Source of the DNA: Hydrogenophaga sp.
GTDB taxonomy: Bacteria; Pseudomonadota; Gammaproteobacteria; Burkholderiales; Burkholderiaceae_C
Length of the DNA: 64,000 nt
NCBI RefSeq assembly: GCF_014773545.1
Contig: NZ_SDDV01000009.1
Span: 16,836 to 80,835, forward strand
Direction of reading: 5' to 3'
Shown: positions 1 through 9,406 of the stretch, one piece after another
Numbering within the stretch: position 1 is the first letter of the stretch
Layout: every line of letters starts with the position of its first letter
The notes under the pieces: model-generated
Databases searched by the model: none
Told to the model about the DNA's origin: nothing
What the model saw: only the letters and a program-made list of their open reading frames with translations
Made by a program: the position numbers and the translations under genes

Positions 1-221
1 TGCAAGCCGGCGCATTTGCCAACCCTGAAGAAGCCCAGACCCAGCGCGCCAAACTGGTGCTGATGGGCCAGAACGCCAGCATCAGCGAACGCGAACAAGC
101 CGGCCGCACGGTGCACCGGGTGCGGCTGGGGCCGTTTGATCAACAAGCTGCAGCCGAAGCCGTGCGCGACCAGTTGCAGGCCCAGGGTCTGGACGCGACG
201 CTGGTGCACGTGCAGCGCTGA
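1..221 (+). CDS. SPOR-domain cell division protein, C-terminal part (5' end outside window)
   Basis: Frame from nt 3 reads QAGAFANPEEAQTQRAKL...HRVRLGPF...DATLVHVQR* (TGA 219-221), a typical SPOR pattern; lies directly upstream of dsbA. Confidence 0.85.
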   Translation, partial: QAGAFANPEEAQTQRAKLVLMGQNASISEREQAGRTVHRVRLGPFDQQAAAEAVRDQLQAQGLDATLVHVQR

Positions 222-289
222 AACCCGAGCTGACGGGAACTTGGCAACCCGGCCTCGACTCCCAAGAACGCCATCAAGGAGCTTGACCC

Positions 290-943
290 ATGCAAAGACG
301 AGAGTTCTCACGCGCCGCTTTGCTCAGCGGCGCCGCTGCCAGCGTCGGCCTGGCGGGCCTGCTGAGCCAGCGGCCCGCGCACGCGCAAACCGCCGCCCCC
401 AGGGAAGGCCGCGATTTTCTTCGCCTGGCGCGCCCCGCCCCGGTGGACAGCCCGCCCGGCAAGATTGAGGTGCTGGAGTTTTTTGCCTACACCTGCGTCC
501 ACTGCTTCAACTTTGAGCCGCTGCTGAGCGCCTGGATGCGCACCCAGGCAGCCGACGTGGTAGTGCGCCGCACGCCGGTGGCCTTCAGCGACGCCTTCGT
601 GCCCTACCAGCGCCTGTACTACGCGCTTGAAGCCATGAGCCAAATCGACGCACTGCATGCGCGCGTGTTTCGCGCCATTCATGTCGACCGGCAGCGCCTG
701 GGAACCCCAGAAGCCATCACCGACTGGGTCGTCAGACAAGGCGTCGATCGGGAAAAATTCAGCGGCTTTTACAACTCTTTCGCGGTCGCCGGCCGGGTGC
801 GGCGTGCCACCCAACTGCAAGAGGCCTACCTGGTCGAGGGCACGCCCTCGCTCGGTGTGGCGGGGCGCTTTTACGTGCCGGGCCAAGGCGCGCGCACCCT
901 GCAGGTGGCGCAAGCGCTGATCGCCGGTCTGCGCAGCGCCTGA
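290..943 (+). CDS. dsbA: Thiol:disulfide interchange protein DsbA
   Basis: IEVLEFFAYTCVHC CXXC motif, thioredoxin-fold cis-Pro loop (EGTP), N-terminal export signal. Confidence 0.9.
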   Translation: MQRREFSRAALLSGAAASVGLAGLLSQRPAHAQTAAPREGRDFLRLARPAPVDSPPGKIEVLEFFAYTCVHCFNFEPLLSAWMRTQAADVVVRRTPVAFSDAFVPYQRLYYALEAMSQIDALHARVFRAIHVDRQRLGTPEAITDWVVRQGVDREKFSGFYNSFAVAGRVRRATQLQEAYLVEGTPSLGVAGRFYVPGQGARTLQVAQALIAGLRSA

Positions 944-953
944 GCGCCCGATC

Positions 954-978
954 AAAAACCCGCTGCGCGCGGGTCTTT
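954..978 (+). terminator. Terminator-like hairpin after dsbA
   Basis: AAAAACCCGC-tgcgc-GCGGGTCTTT, near-perfect stem flanked by A/T runs. Confidence 0.5.
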
Positions 979-1059
979 GGCAGGCCGACTTGCCGAGCGG
1001 CCAGACACGCGCCAGCGAGCTGGGTACAATAGACGCAAGTTCCGTGCCCAATTTCCGCC

Positions 1060-1686
1060 ATGCCCCCTTTGCCCCTCACCCGCCTATTTTGCTCGCTGGC
1101 TGTCGCGCTGGCGCTGGCGCTGCCTGCTTGGGCTGCCACGCAAACGCAGCGGCCAGATCGCGAGCAACCGATGCTCATCGAAGCCGACGCGCTGCGCCAC
1201 GATGACGCGCGTCAGATCAGCGTGTTCACCGGCAACGTCGTCATCACCCAGGGCAGCCTGCAAATACGCGGCGCCGAGGTGGAAATCAGCCGCAACGCCC
1301 AGGGCCAGCAACGAGGCATCATTACCGGCAATCCGGCGTTTTTTCGCCAGCAGCGCAGCGGTCTGAACGAATTCATTGAAGGCCAGGCGCTGCGCATCGA
1401 GCACGACGGCCAGGCCGACGCAGTGCGCCTGATCGGCAACGCCGTGCTGCGCCGGTTTCTGGACGCGCGGCTCAACGATGAAACCTCGGGCCACCTGATC
1501 ACCTACAACAACCGCGACGGCATGTTCACGGTCGAAGGCGGCGCTGCCAGCCGCACCCCGGCCAACCCGCTCGGGCGCGTGCGCGCCATGATCACTCCGA
1601 CGCCGCGCGCCGCCGCGCCCACCGCGCCAGCGCCTGCCCCGCTGCCCTTGCGTCCCAGCGGCGAACTCGGCGGGGCGCGCCCGTGA
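1060..1686 (+). CDS. lptA: LPS transport periplasmic protein LptA
   Basis: [11 protein letters not shown]...[17 protein letters not shown] OstA-like pattern; overlaps the lptB start. Confidence 0.9.
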   Translation: MPPLPLTRLFCSLAVALALALPAWAATQTQRPDREQPMLIEADALRHDDARQISVFTGNVVITQGSLQIRGAEVEISRNAQGQQRGIITGNPAFFRQQRSGLNEFIEGQALRIEHDGQADAVRLIGNAVLRRFLDARLNDETSGHLITYNNRDGMFTVEGGAASRTPANPLGRVRAMITPTPRAAAPTAPAPAPLPLRPSGELGGARP

Positions 1687-2462
1687 CGGCGGCCGCCACC
1701 GGCAGCCCCAGCGCCCCCGCCTGCCACCGATTGGAGGCGCACGGACTGAAAAAGTCCTACGGCAGCCGCCAGGTGATCAAAAGCGTATCGCTGACGGTCA
1801 GCCAAGGTGAGGTGGTTGGCCTGCTCGGGCCCAACGGCGCCGGCAAGACCACCACCTTTTACATGCTGGTCGGTCTGCTGCGCGCCGACGGCGGACAGAT
1901 CGTGCTCGACGGTCAGCCCATCGAGCGCGCGCCCATGCACCGGCGCGCGCGCCTCGGCCTGGGGTATTTGCCGCAGGAAGCCTCCATTTTCCGCAAACTG
2001 ACCGTGGCCGAGAACGTGCGTGCGGTGCTCGAACTGCAAACCGGCGCCAACGGTCGGCCGCTGGGCCAAGCCGCCATGGAACAGCGCCTCGACGCCCTGC
2101 TGCAAGACCTGCACGTCGAGCATCTGCGCAACGCACCAGCACCCGCCCTCTCGGGGGGCGAGCGGCGCCGGGTCGAAATTGCGCGCGCGCTGGCCACCAG
2201 CCCGCGCTTTATCTTGCTCGACGAGCCGTTTGCCGGCATCGACCCGATCGCGGTGATAGAGATCCAGCGCATCATCGGTTTTCTAAAGTCACGCGGTATC
2301 GGCGTGCTGATCACCGACCACAACGTGCGCGAAACACTGGGCATCTGCGACCGCGCCTACATCATCAACGACGGCCAGGTACTCGCCAGCGGCACGCCGG
2401 CCGAGATCGTCGCCAACGCCGAGGTGCGCCGGGTCTATCTCGGCGAACACTTCAAGATGTGA
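1683..2462 (+). CDS. lptB: LPS export ABC ATPase LptB
   Basis: [53 protein letters not shown]. Confidence 0.95.
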   Translation: MTAAATGSPSAPACHRLEAHGLKKSYGSRQVIKSVSLTVSQGEVVGLLGPNGAGKTTTFYMLVGLLRADGGQIVLDGQPIERAPMHRRARLGLGYLPQEASIFRKLTVAENVRAVLELQTGANGRPLGQAAMEQRLDALLQDLHVEHLRNAPAPALSGGERRRVEIARALATSPRFILLDEPFAGIDPIAVIEIQRIIGFLKSRGIGVLITDHNVRETLGICDRAYIINDGQVLASGTPAEIVANAEVRRVYLGEHFKM

Positions 2463-2475
2463 GGCGCGCCTGAAC

Positions 2476-4053
2476 ATGAAACAGGGCCTGTCGCTGCGCG
2501 TCTCGCAACACCTGGCGCTGACACCACAGTTGCAGCAATCGATCCGCCTGCTGCAACTCTCGACGCTGGAGATGGCACAGGAAGTCGAGCAGATGCTGGA
2601 CGACAACCCATTTCTGGAGCGCGAGCAAGAAGCCGCCGAAGGCGAATACTTTGAACCGCAGCCGGCCGATGCGCCCGGGGGTGCGGGCGAACCCAGCGCT
2701 GATGCCGCCAGCGCGCCGCCCGAACGCGGCCAAGACGCGGCTGCGCCTGATGAGCCGCTGCAGAGCCCCCTCGACGCGGCGCCTGCGCTGGAGCAGAGCT
2801 GGGACGGCGACGGCAGCCTGGAACAAAGCGGCGACGACGGCGAATGGGGCGGCGAAGCCGCAGCCCGCCAGTCTGAGTCGATCGACGACGAAAACGCCAG
2901 CGCGAGCGATCTAGCGCGCGCGCCGATCACGCTGCAAGACCACTTGCACGAGCAAGCGCGCTGTCTGCGCCTGGACGAACCCGACCGCGCCGCGCTGCAC
3001 CTGCTGATCGAATCGATCAACGACGACGGCTATCTGGAAGAAAGCCTGGACGAACTGGCTGCTGCCTGGCTGCGCCTGTCGAACCCGGCAACGGGGCCAG
3101 ACGCCGCCGACGCGTCCGAGCGCCTGGCCCTGGAGCAGCGCCTGGCGCGGGCCTTGCACCTGTTGCAGCAGATGGATCCCATCGGAGTCGGCGCGCGCGA
3201 CCTGGCCGAATGCCTGCGGCTGCAAATTCTGGAGCAACGCAACAGCCCGCAGGCGCGCGCGGCGCTGGCGATCTGCGAGCAAGCGCTGGAACTCATCGCC
3301 AAACGCGACTGCAAGCGCCTGTGCCTGCTGTGCGGCATCGATGAAGCCTGCGCCCGCGCCGCACTGGCGCTGATCGCGCGCCTGGAGCCCAAGCCCGGGC
3401 GCCGCTTTGCCGATGTCGAGCGCAACGTGGTGCTGCCCGACGTCATCGTCACGCGCGCCGGACGCGGCTTCAAAGTGCAGCTCAACCCACAAGTGATGCC
3501 GCGCCTGCGCGTACACGACGTCTACGCCAACGCCCTGCGGCAACAGCGCAGCTCCAGCAGCAACGCCGCCCACGCCGGCCTGCAGCAACGGCTGCAGGAG
3601 GCGCGCTGGTTCATCAAGAACATCCAGCAGCGTTTCGACACCATCTTGCGCGTCTCCAGCGCCATCGTCGAGCGCCAGCGCAGCTTCTTCATGCATGGCG
3701 AGCTCGCCATGCGTCCACTGGTGCTGCGTGAAATCGCCGACGAACTCAGCCTGCACGAGTCGACCATCAGCCGCGTCACCAGCGCCAAGTACATGGCAAC
3801 ACCGTTTGGCACTTTCGAACTGAAGTATTTTTTTGGCTCCGCACTGGCCACCGAGACCGGCGGCAACGCCTCGAGCACCGCCGTGCGCGCACTGATCAGG
3901 CAGTTCGTTGCCGCCGAGCCCGCATCGCAGCCGCTGTCGGACCAACAGCTCTGCGAGCTGCTGCGCGAACAAGGCATCGAATGCGCGCGCCGCACCGTGG
4001 CCAAATACCGTGAAGCCCTGCGCATCGCGCCCGCCAGCCTGCGCAAACGCTAA
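2476..4053 (+). CDS. rpoN: RNA polymerase sigma-54 factor
   Basis: LTPQLQQSIRLLQLS region I, LHESTISR HTH, RpoN box ARRTVAKYRE. Confidence 0.97.
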   Translation: MKQGLSLRVSQHLALTPQLQQSIRLLQLSTLEMAQEVEQMLDDNPFLEREQEAAEGEYFEPQPADAPGGAGEPSADAASAPPERGQDAAAPDEPLQSPLDAAPALEQSWDGDGSLEQSGDDGEWGGEAAARQSESIDDENASASDLARAPITLQDHLHEQARCLRLDEPDRAALHLLIESINDDGYLEESLDELAAAWLRLSNPATGPDAADASERLALEQRLARALHLLQQMDPIGVGARDLAECLRLQILEQRNSPQARAALAICEQALELIAKRDCKRLCLLCGIDEACARAALALIARLEPKPGRRFADVERNVVLPDVIVTRAGRGFKVQLNPQVMPRLRVHDVYANALRQQRSSSSNAAHAGLQQRLQEARWFIKNIQQRFDTILRVSSAIVERQRSFFMHGELAMRPLVLREIADELSLHESTISRVTSAKYMATPFGTFELKYFFGSALATETGGNASSTAVRALIRQFVAAEPASQPLSDQQLCELLREQGIECARRTVAKYREALRIAPASLRKR

Positions 4054-4061
4054 GCAGCGCT

Positions 4062-4111
4062 AACGGGCATGACTTTGAAAGCCACCCCAAAAAATGAAAG
4101 TCATGCCCGTT
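4062..4111. repeat. 15-bp perfect inverted repeat after rpoN
   Basis: AACGGGCATGACTTT (4062-4076) and AAAGTCATGCCCGTT (4097-4111), 20-nt spacer. Confidence 0.8.
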
Positions 4112-4113
4112 CT

Positions 4114-4154
4114 CCCTCACCCCCAACCCCTCTCCCGCACGCGGGAGAGGGGAG
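4114..4154. repeat. REP-like palindromic element
   Basis: CCCTCACCCCCAACCCCTCTCCCGCACGCGGGAGAGGGGAG with stem CCCCTCTCCCGC/GCGGGAGAGGGG; resembles a widespread proteobacterial intergenic repeat class. Confidence 0.65.
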
Positions 4155-4226
4155 CGAAGTGAGTCGCGGCCCGACTCTCACGTTAACGCCCTCCCACTGC
4201 GGCGCACCCGGGCCCACCCTACACCC

Positions 4227-5504
4227 ATGAACCCATTGAACCTGTTCTTGCCCTGCGCCGCTGGCGTGGAGGATTATCTGGCCGACGAGGTGCAGCGCAT
4301 CACGGCGCAACCGCTGGCGTTCAAGACGCGCGGCGGCGTCGGCGTACAGGCGTCCTGGCGCGAAGCCATGCGGCTGAACCTGCACAGCCGACTCTCTCAA
4401 CGGGTATTGGTGCAGCTGTGGCACGGTGGCTACCGCAACGAACAAGACCTGTACCAAGCGGCCAGCGCGGTGGCGTGGGAGGCCTGGTTCACCCCGGCGC
4501 AGACCATCAAGGTCGAAATCACCGCCCAGCACAGCCCGCTGACCAGTCTGAACTTTGCCGCGCTCAAGATCAAAGACGCGCTGTGCGACCGCTTTCGCAC
4601 CACCTGCGGCGCACGCCCGAGTGTCAACACCACCTGGCCCGACGTGCGCATTCATGCCCACCTGGGCACCGACCAACTCACGCTCTACATCGACACCTCA
4701 GGCGAGCCGCTGTTCAAGCGCGGCTGGCGGCAAGACACGGGCGACGCGCCGCTGAAAGAAACCCTGGCCGCAGCGCTGATTGCCGCTTGCGGATGGAATG
4801 GCGCGCAGGCGCAGACGCTGGAGCAGATCGAACCGCTGGTCGACCCCTGCTGCGGCAGCGGCACGCTGCTGATCGAGGCGGCACAGATCGCGCTGCGAAT
4901 AGCGCCCGGGCTGCAACGCCGCTTTGCTTTTGAACAACTGCTGCCGTTCCAGCCCCACGTCTGGAACGCGCTCCAGGACGAAGCGATCCGCCAACAACGC
5001 GCCTGGCCAGCCGGCCACGGCCCGATCGTCTTTGGCAGCGACGTCTCGCACCGCATGGTCGATTTTGCCCAGCGCAACGCCGAACGCGCCGGCGTGGCGC
5101 AAGCAATCCTGCTGCGCGGCGGCGACGCGCTGCAACGCCTGCCGCCTTGCCCGCGCGCCGGGCTGCTGCTGCTCAACCCGCCTTATGGGCAGCGCCTAGC
5201 CGCCGCCGGCGTGGCCGGCCAGCGCGCGCACGAACGCGCCCAGACCAGCGCACGCGAGAGCGCACAAATGGCCGACGGCGGTGACGCCGACGCATTCTTC
5301 GAGCAGTTGGCCGCGCACTGGAAAAGCCACTACGCCGGCTGGACCGCCTGGGTGCTGACGCCAGACCTCAAGCTGCCAGGCAAAATGCGACTGAAAGAAA
5401 CGCGCCGGGTGCCGCTGTGGAACGGCCCGATTGAATGCCGCTTGTTCCGCTTTGACCTGACGGCACGGCGCAGCCCGGCCGCAGCCCAGAGCGCTAGCCA
5501 CTGA
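4227..5504 (+). CDS. THUMP-domain class I SAM-dependent RNA methyltransferase (RlmL/RlmKL N-terminal-like)
   Basis: [34 protein letters not shown] motifs. Confidence 0.85.
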   Translation: MNPLNLFLPCAAGVEDYLADEVQRITAQPLAFKTRGGVGVQASWREAMRLNLHSRLSQRVLVQLWHGGYRNEQDLYQAASAVAWEAWFTPAQTIKVEITAQHSPLTSLNFAALKIKDALCDRFRTTCGARPSVNTTWPDVRIHAHLGTDQLTLYIDTSGEPLFKRGWRQDTGDAPLKETLAAALIAACGWNGAQAQTLEQIEPLVDPCCGSGTLLIEAAQIALRIAPGLQRRFAFEQLLPFQPHVWNALQDEAIRQQRAWPAGHGPIVFGSDVSHRMVDFAQRNAERAGVAQAILLRGGDALQRLPPCPRAGLLLLNPPYGQRLAAAGVAGQRAHERAQTSARESAQMADGGDADAFFEQLAAHWKSHYAGWTAWVLTPDLKLPGKMRLKETRRVPLWNGPIECRLFRFDLTARRSPAAAQSASH

Positions 5505-5589
5505 GAGGCCGAGCGTGTTTCGCTCTCCTGCCCGCCGGGCAATTGAAGGACAATGCCGCTTGCCCGCCGTCACCTCACCCTGCCAGCCC

Positions 5590-6210
5590 ATGCCACACTG
5601 CGCCAACCTGTATGTCGTCGCCGCCCCCAGCGGGGCCGGCAAGTCCAGTCTGGTCAAGGCGCTGATGGAGCTGGACGCGCGCGTTGCGCCCTCGATCTCA
5701 CACACCACCCGGTCACCGCGTGGGCAAGAACTGCACGGGCGCGAGTACTACTTTGTTGGCAACGACCGTTTCGACCAGATGGTGGCTCAGGACGCGTTTC
5801 TGGAATGGGCCCAGGTGCATGGCAACCGCTACGGCACCAGCAAAGCCGCAGTTGAGCAGCGGCTGGCACAGGGCGCCGACGTGGTGCTGGAAATCGACTA
5901 CCAAGGCGCCATCCAGGTCAAGCGCATCTTCCCCGCAGCGGTGCTGGTTTTCATTCTGCCGCCCAGCTGGGAAGAGCTGCGCGCGCGCCTCGAACGCCGC
6001 GCCGAAGACAGCGCCGCCGTGATCGAGCTGCGACTGCAAAACGCCGCCACCGAGATGGCGCACGCGCAGGAATTCGACTTCGTTATAATCAACGACCTGT
6101 TCGAGCGGGCCTTGTTTGATCTCAAGACCATCGTCCACGCCCAGCGGCTTCGGTTTTACGCCCAGCGTGCCACCCGCAGCGACACCTTCCGTTCGCTGCG
6201 CCTCCTTTGA
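5590..6210 (+). CDS. gmk: Guanylate kinase
   Basis: [28 protein letters not shown]; start placed at ATG 5590. Confidence 0.95.
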   Translation: MPHCANLYVVAAPSGAGKSSLVKALMELDARVAPSISHTTRSPRGQELHGREYYFVGNDRFDQMVAQDAFLEWAQVHGNRYGTSKAAVEQRLAQGADVVLEIDYQGAIQVKRIFPAAVLVFILPPSWEELRARLERRAEDSAAVIELRLQNAATEMAHAQEFDFVIINDLFERALFDLKTIVHAQRLRFYAQRATRSDTFRSLRLL

Positions 6211-6235
6211 CTACCCTTTTTTTAAGAGTCTGCCC

Positions 6236-6439
6236 ATGGCACGCATCACCGTCGAAGATTGTCTGGAAAAAATCCCGAATCGCTTTCAGCTCGTGCTGGC
6301 CGCCACCTACCGCGCCCGCATGCTCAGCCAGGGTCATGCGGCCAAGATCGAGAGCAAGAACAAGCCCGGGGTGACCGCGCTGCGCGAGATTGCCGAAGGC
6401 AAAATCGGCCTCGAAATGCTGAAAAAAGTGCCTCTTTAA
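6236..6439 (+). CDS. rpoZ: RNA polymerase omega subunit
   Basis: [28 protein letters not shown]...ALREIAEG; gmk-rpoZ-spoT order. Confidence 0.97.
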   Translation: MARITVEDCLEKIPNRFQLVLAATYRARMLSQGHAAKIESKNKPGVTALREIAEGKIGLEMLKKVPL

Positions 6440-6454
6440 AGCGCCTCAGCCCAG

Positions 6455-6486
6455 AACACCGCACCGCCCCGTGCGGTGTTTTTTTT
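6455..6486 (+). terminator. Intrinsic terminator between rpoZ and spoT
   Basis: AACACCGCAC-cgcccc-GTGCGGTGTT followed by TTTTTT. Confidence 0.75.
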
Positions 6487-6526
6487 GGCTTGAGCGATGC
6501 CGCTCAGAAGGCGCTAAAGTAGCAAG

Positions 6527-8785
6527 ATGAGCACCGCAGTCGATTCCGCTGTGCGCCCACCCGGCGCCGCCGCATCCGGCCCCACCACCAGTGCGGCCGC
6601 GGCCAGCTTCGCCGCCTTGTTGAGCCGGCTCGACTATCTGGGCGCGGGCGAAATCGAGCACGTCCGCCGCGCCTACCGCTTTGCCGACGAAGCCCATCTG
6701 GGGCAACTGCGCCGCAATGGCGACCCCTACATCACGCATCCGATCGCGGTCGCCGCCCAGTGCGCCGAATGGAAGCTCGACGCACAAGCGCTGATGGCCG
6801 CCCTGATGCACGACGCGATGGAAGATTGCAGCGTCAGCAAACCCGAGCTGACCGAGCGCTTTGGCGCGCCGGTGGCCGAATTGGTGGACGGCCTGACCAA
6901 GCTGGAAAAACTCGAATTCGACACCCGTGAGCAAAACCAGGCCGAGTCGTTTCGCAAAATGCTGCTGGCCATGGCGCGCGACGTGCGCGTCATCCTCATC
7001 AAGCTGGCCGACCGCATGCACAACATGCGCACCATGGACGACATGCCACGCAGCAAGTGGCAGCGCATCAGCAGCGAAACGCTGGAGATTTACGCCCCGA
7101 TTGCGCACCGGCTGGGCTTGAACTTCGCGTACCGCGAATTGCAAGACCTGTCTTTTCGTTTCCTGCACCCCTGGCGCTACGCGGTGCTGAACAAGGCGCT
7201 GAACAAGGCGCGCACGCGCCGCAAAGACCTGATCGCGCGCGTGCAGCGCGAGGTGGAAAACGTCTTTGCCGCGCACGGCACGGCCGCGCGCATCGTCGGG
7301 CGTGAGAAAACGCTGCACTCGGTCTATCAGAAAATGAAGTTCAAGCGCCTGTCATTTTCACAGGTGACTGACATTTACGGCTTTCGCATCGTCGTGCCCG
7401 AAATCAATGACTGCTACTGCGGCCTGGGGCTGCTGCATCAGCTCTACAAGCCCTTGCCGAGCAAGTTCCACGACTACGTGGCCATCCCCAAGCTCAACGG
7501 CTACCAGTCGCTGCACACCACACTGGTGGGCCCGTTTGGCACCAACATCGAATTCCAGTTGCGCACCCATTCGATGGATGTGGTGGCCGAATCGGGCGTG
7601 GCGGCGCACTGGCTCTATAAAGCCAACGAGCCCGGCAGCGACACCTCGCAGCGCCTGGGCGCACAGTGGCTGCAGTCGTTGCTCGACATCCAGCAAGAAA
7701 CCCACGACGCGGCAGAATTCTGGGATCACATCAAAGTCGACCTGTTTCCCGACGCGGTCTACGTGTTCACGCCCAAGGGCAAGATCATGTCGCTGCCGCG
7801 CGGCGCGACTGTGGTGGACTTTGCCTACGCCATCCACAGCGGCGTGGGCAACCGCACGGTGGCTGCGCGCATCAACGGCGAGCAACAGTCGCTGCGCACC
7901 GAACTGAACAACGGTGACGTGGTGGAGATCATCACGGGCGAGAACGCCGAACCCAACCCGGCCTGGCTCTCGTTCGTCAAGACCGGACGCGCGCGCTCCA
8001 AGATACGCCACCATCTGAAGACCGCGACGCAAGAAAAATCGATCGAACTGGGTGAGCGCATGCTCAGTCAGGCGCTGCGCTCCGAAGGCATGGCCGCTCT
8101 GCCGGCCGCCAACGGTGAGCACAAAGCCCTGTGGGACAAGCTGCTGCGCTTTACCGGCAACAAATCGCGCGCCGAACTCCTGACCGACATCGGCACCGGC
8201 AAGCGCATCGCCAACATGGTCGGCAAAAAACTCGCTGTGCTGCTGACCGAGGCCGGGCACAGGCCAGACGCCTTGCTCATCAGCACCGAACGCTACGCCA
8301 GCGGCGCTGACGGTTCCAGCGCGCAAGGCGTGGTCTCGCTCGACGGCAGCGAAGGTCTGTCGGTGGAATACGCTGCCTGCTGCAAGCCGATTCCAGGTGA
8401 CCGCATCGTCGGCCACATCGGCCGTGGCGAGGGTCTGGCAGTACACACCGACGAATGCCCGGTCGGCAAGCGGCTGCTGCGGCGCGACAGCGAGCGCTTC
8501 CTGGAGGTGGAATGGTCAGATGAACCGAGCCGGGCCTTCGAGTCCACCATCGCCGTCACGGTAGCCAACGGCAAGGGCGTGCTGGCCAAAGTGGCGGCCG
8601 CGATTGCCGCCGCCGAGTCCGACATCACCCACGTGTACATGGGCGACGAGCCCGATCTGAGCGCGGACGACATTCGCTTTTCGATCGCGGTGCGCGACCG
8701 AAAACACCTGGCCGAGGTGTTGCGCAGCCTCAAACGGTGTGCGCCGGTGCTCAAGGCGCAGCGCGTCAAAAGTGTCAAGACCTGA
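6527..8785 (+). CDS. spoT: Bifunctional (p)ppGpp synthetase/hydrolase
   Basis: HD-domain HDAMED, IKLADRMHNMRT, GYQSLHT, TGS (VFTPKG, TVVDFAYAIH), C-terminal ACT-like region. Confidence 0.95.
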   Translation: MSTAVDSAVRPPGAAASGPTTSAAAASFAALLSRLDYLGAGEIEHVRRAYRFADEAHLGQLRRNGDPYITHPIAVAAQCAEWKLDAQALMAALMHDAMEDCSVSKPELTERFGAPVAELVDGLTKLEKLEFDTREQNQAESFRKMLLAMARDVRVILIKLADRMHNMRTMDDMPRSKWQRISSETLEIYAPIAHRLGLNFAYRELQDLSFRFLHPWRYAVLNKALNKARTRRKDLIARVQREVENVFAAHGTAARIVGREKTLHSVYQKMKFKRLSFSQVTDIYGFRIVVPEINDCYCGLGLLHQLYKPLPSKFHDYVAIPKLNGYQSLHTTLVGPFGTNIEFQLRTHSMDVVAESGVAAHWLYKANEPGSDTSQRLGAQWLQSLLDIQQETHDAAEFWDHIKVDLFPDAVYVFTPKGKIMSLPRGATVVDFAYAIHSGVGNRTVAARINGEQQSLRTELNNGDVVEIITGENAEPNPAWLSFVKTGRARSKIRHHLKTATQEKSIELGERMLSQALRSEGMAALPAANGEHKALWDKLLRFTGNKSRAELLTDIGTGKRIANMVGKKLAVLLTEAGHRPDALLISTERYASGADGSSAQGVVSLDGSEGLSVEYAACCKPIPGDRIVGHIGRGEGLAVHTDECPVGKRLLRRDSERFLEVEWSDEPSRAFESTIAVTVANGKGVLAKVAAAIAAAESDITHVYMGDEPDLSADDIRFSIAVRDRKHLAEVLRSLKRCAPVLKAQRVKSVKT

Positions 8786-8790
8786 TCAGG

Positions 8791-9342
8791 CTAGGGCTGC
8801 GGGTAACGCACCGCCAGCAGTTCGAGCTCCTGCGCGCCGTCCGGCAGCAGCAGACGCACCACGTCACCCGCCCGCGCCTTGAGCAGCGCGCGCGCCACCG
8901 GTGCAACCCAACTGATCTGACCCTGCGCGCTGTCGGCTTCGTCCACGCCCAAAATGTGGATCGTGGTCTGCCGGCCCGCCGCATCGGCATAGGTCACGCA
9001 GGCGCCAAAAAACACCTGATCGCTGCCGTGGTGCCTGCAAGCGTCGACCACCTCGGCGATTTCGAGCCGCTGGCTCAGGTAGCGAATGCGTCGGTCGATT
9101 TCACGCAGACGCTTCTTGCCGTACAAGTAGTCGCCATTTTCAGAGCGGTCGCCGTTGCCGGCGGCCCAGTGGACGATCTCGACGATTTTTGGCCGTTCGA
9201 CGTCGAGCAGGGCGAACAACTCAGCGCGCAGACGCTCGTAGCCGGCCCGGCTGATGTAATTCTTGCCGCCCGGGATGTTCAGTTCGGGCGGCTGCTCGTC
9301 GGCATCGTCCGCCTCAGACTCGCGCGTAAAGGCCTTGCTCAT
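8791..9342 (-). CDS. greB: Transcription elongation factor GreB
   Basis: MSKAFTRESE...WAAGNGDRSENGDYLYGKKRLREIDRRIRYL...ISWVAPVARAL; start at CAT 9340-9342. Confidence 0.95.
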   Translation of the reverse strand: MSKAFTRESEADDADEQPPELNIPGGKNYISRAGYERLRAELFALLDVERPKIVEIVHWAAGNGDRSENGDYLYGKKRLREIDRRIRYLSQRLEIAEVVDACRHHGSDQVFFGACVTYADAAGRQTTIHILGVDEADSAQGQISWVAPVARALLKARAGDVVRLLLPDGAQELELLAVRYPQP

Positions 9343-9406
9343 GCGCGCATCATAAAACGACTGCAGCACCAAGACCACGGATGACGCAGCGCTGGCTGGC
9401 CGGCTC

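Noticed and set aside
1060-4053. lptAB-rpoN lacking lptC upstream and hpf/ptsN downstream
   Set aside because: Such rearrangements are common in betaproteobacteria and the genes are probably elsewhere
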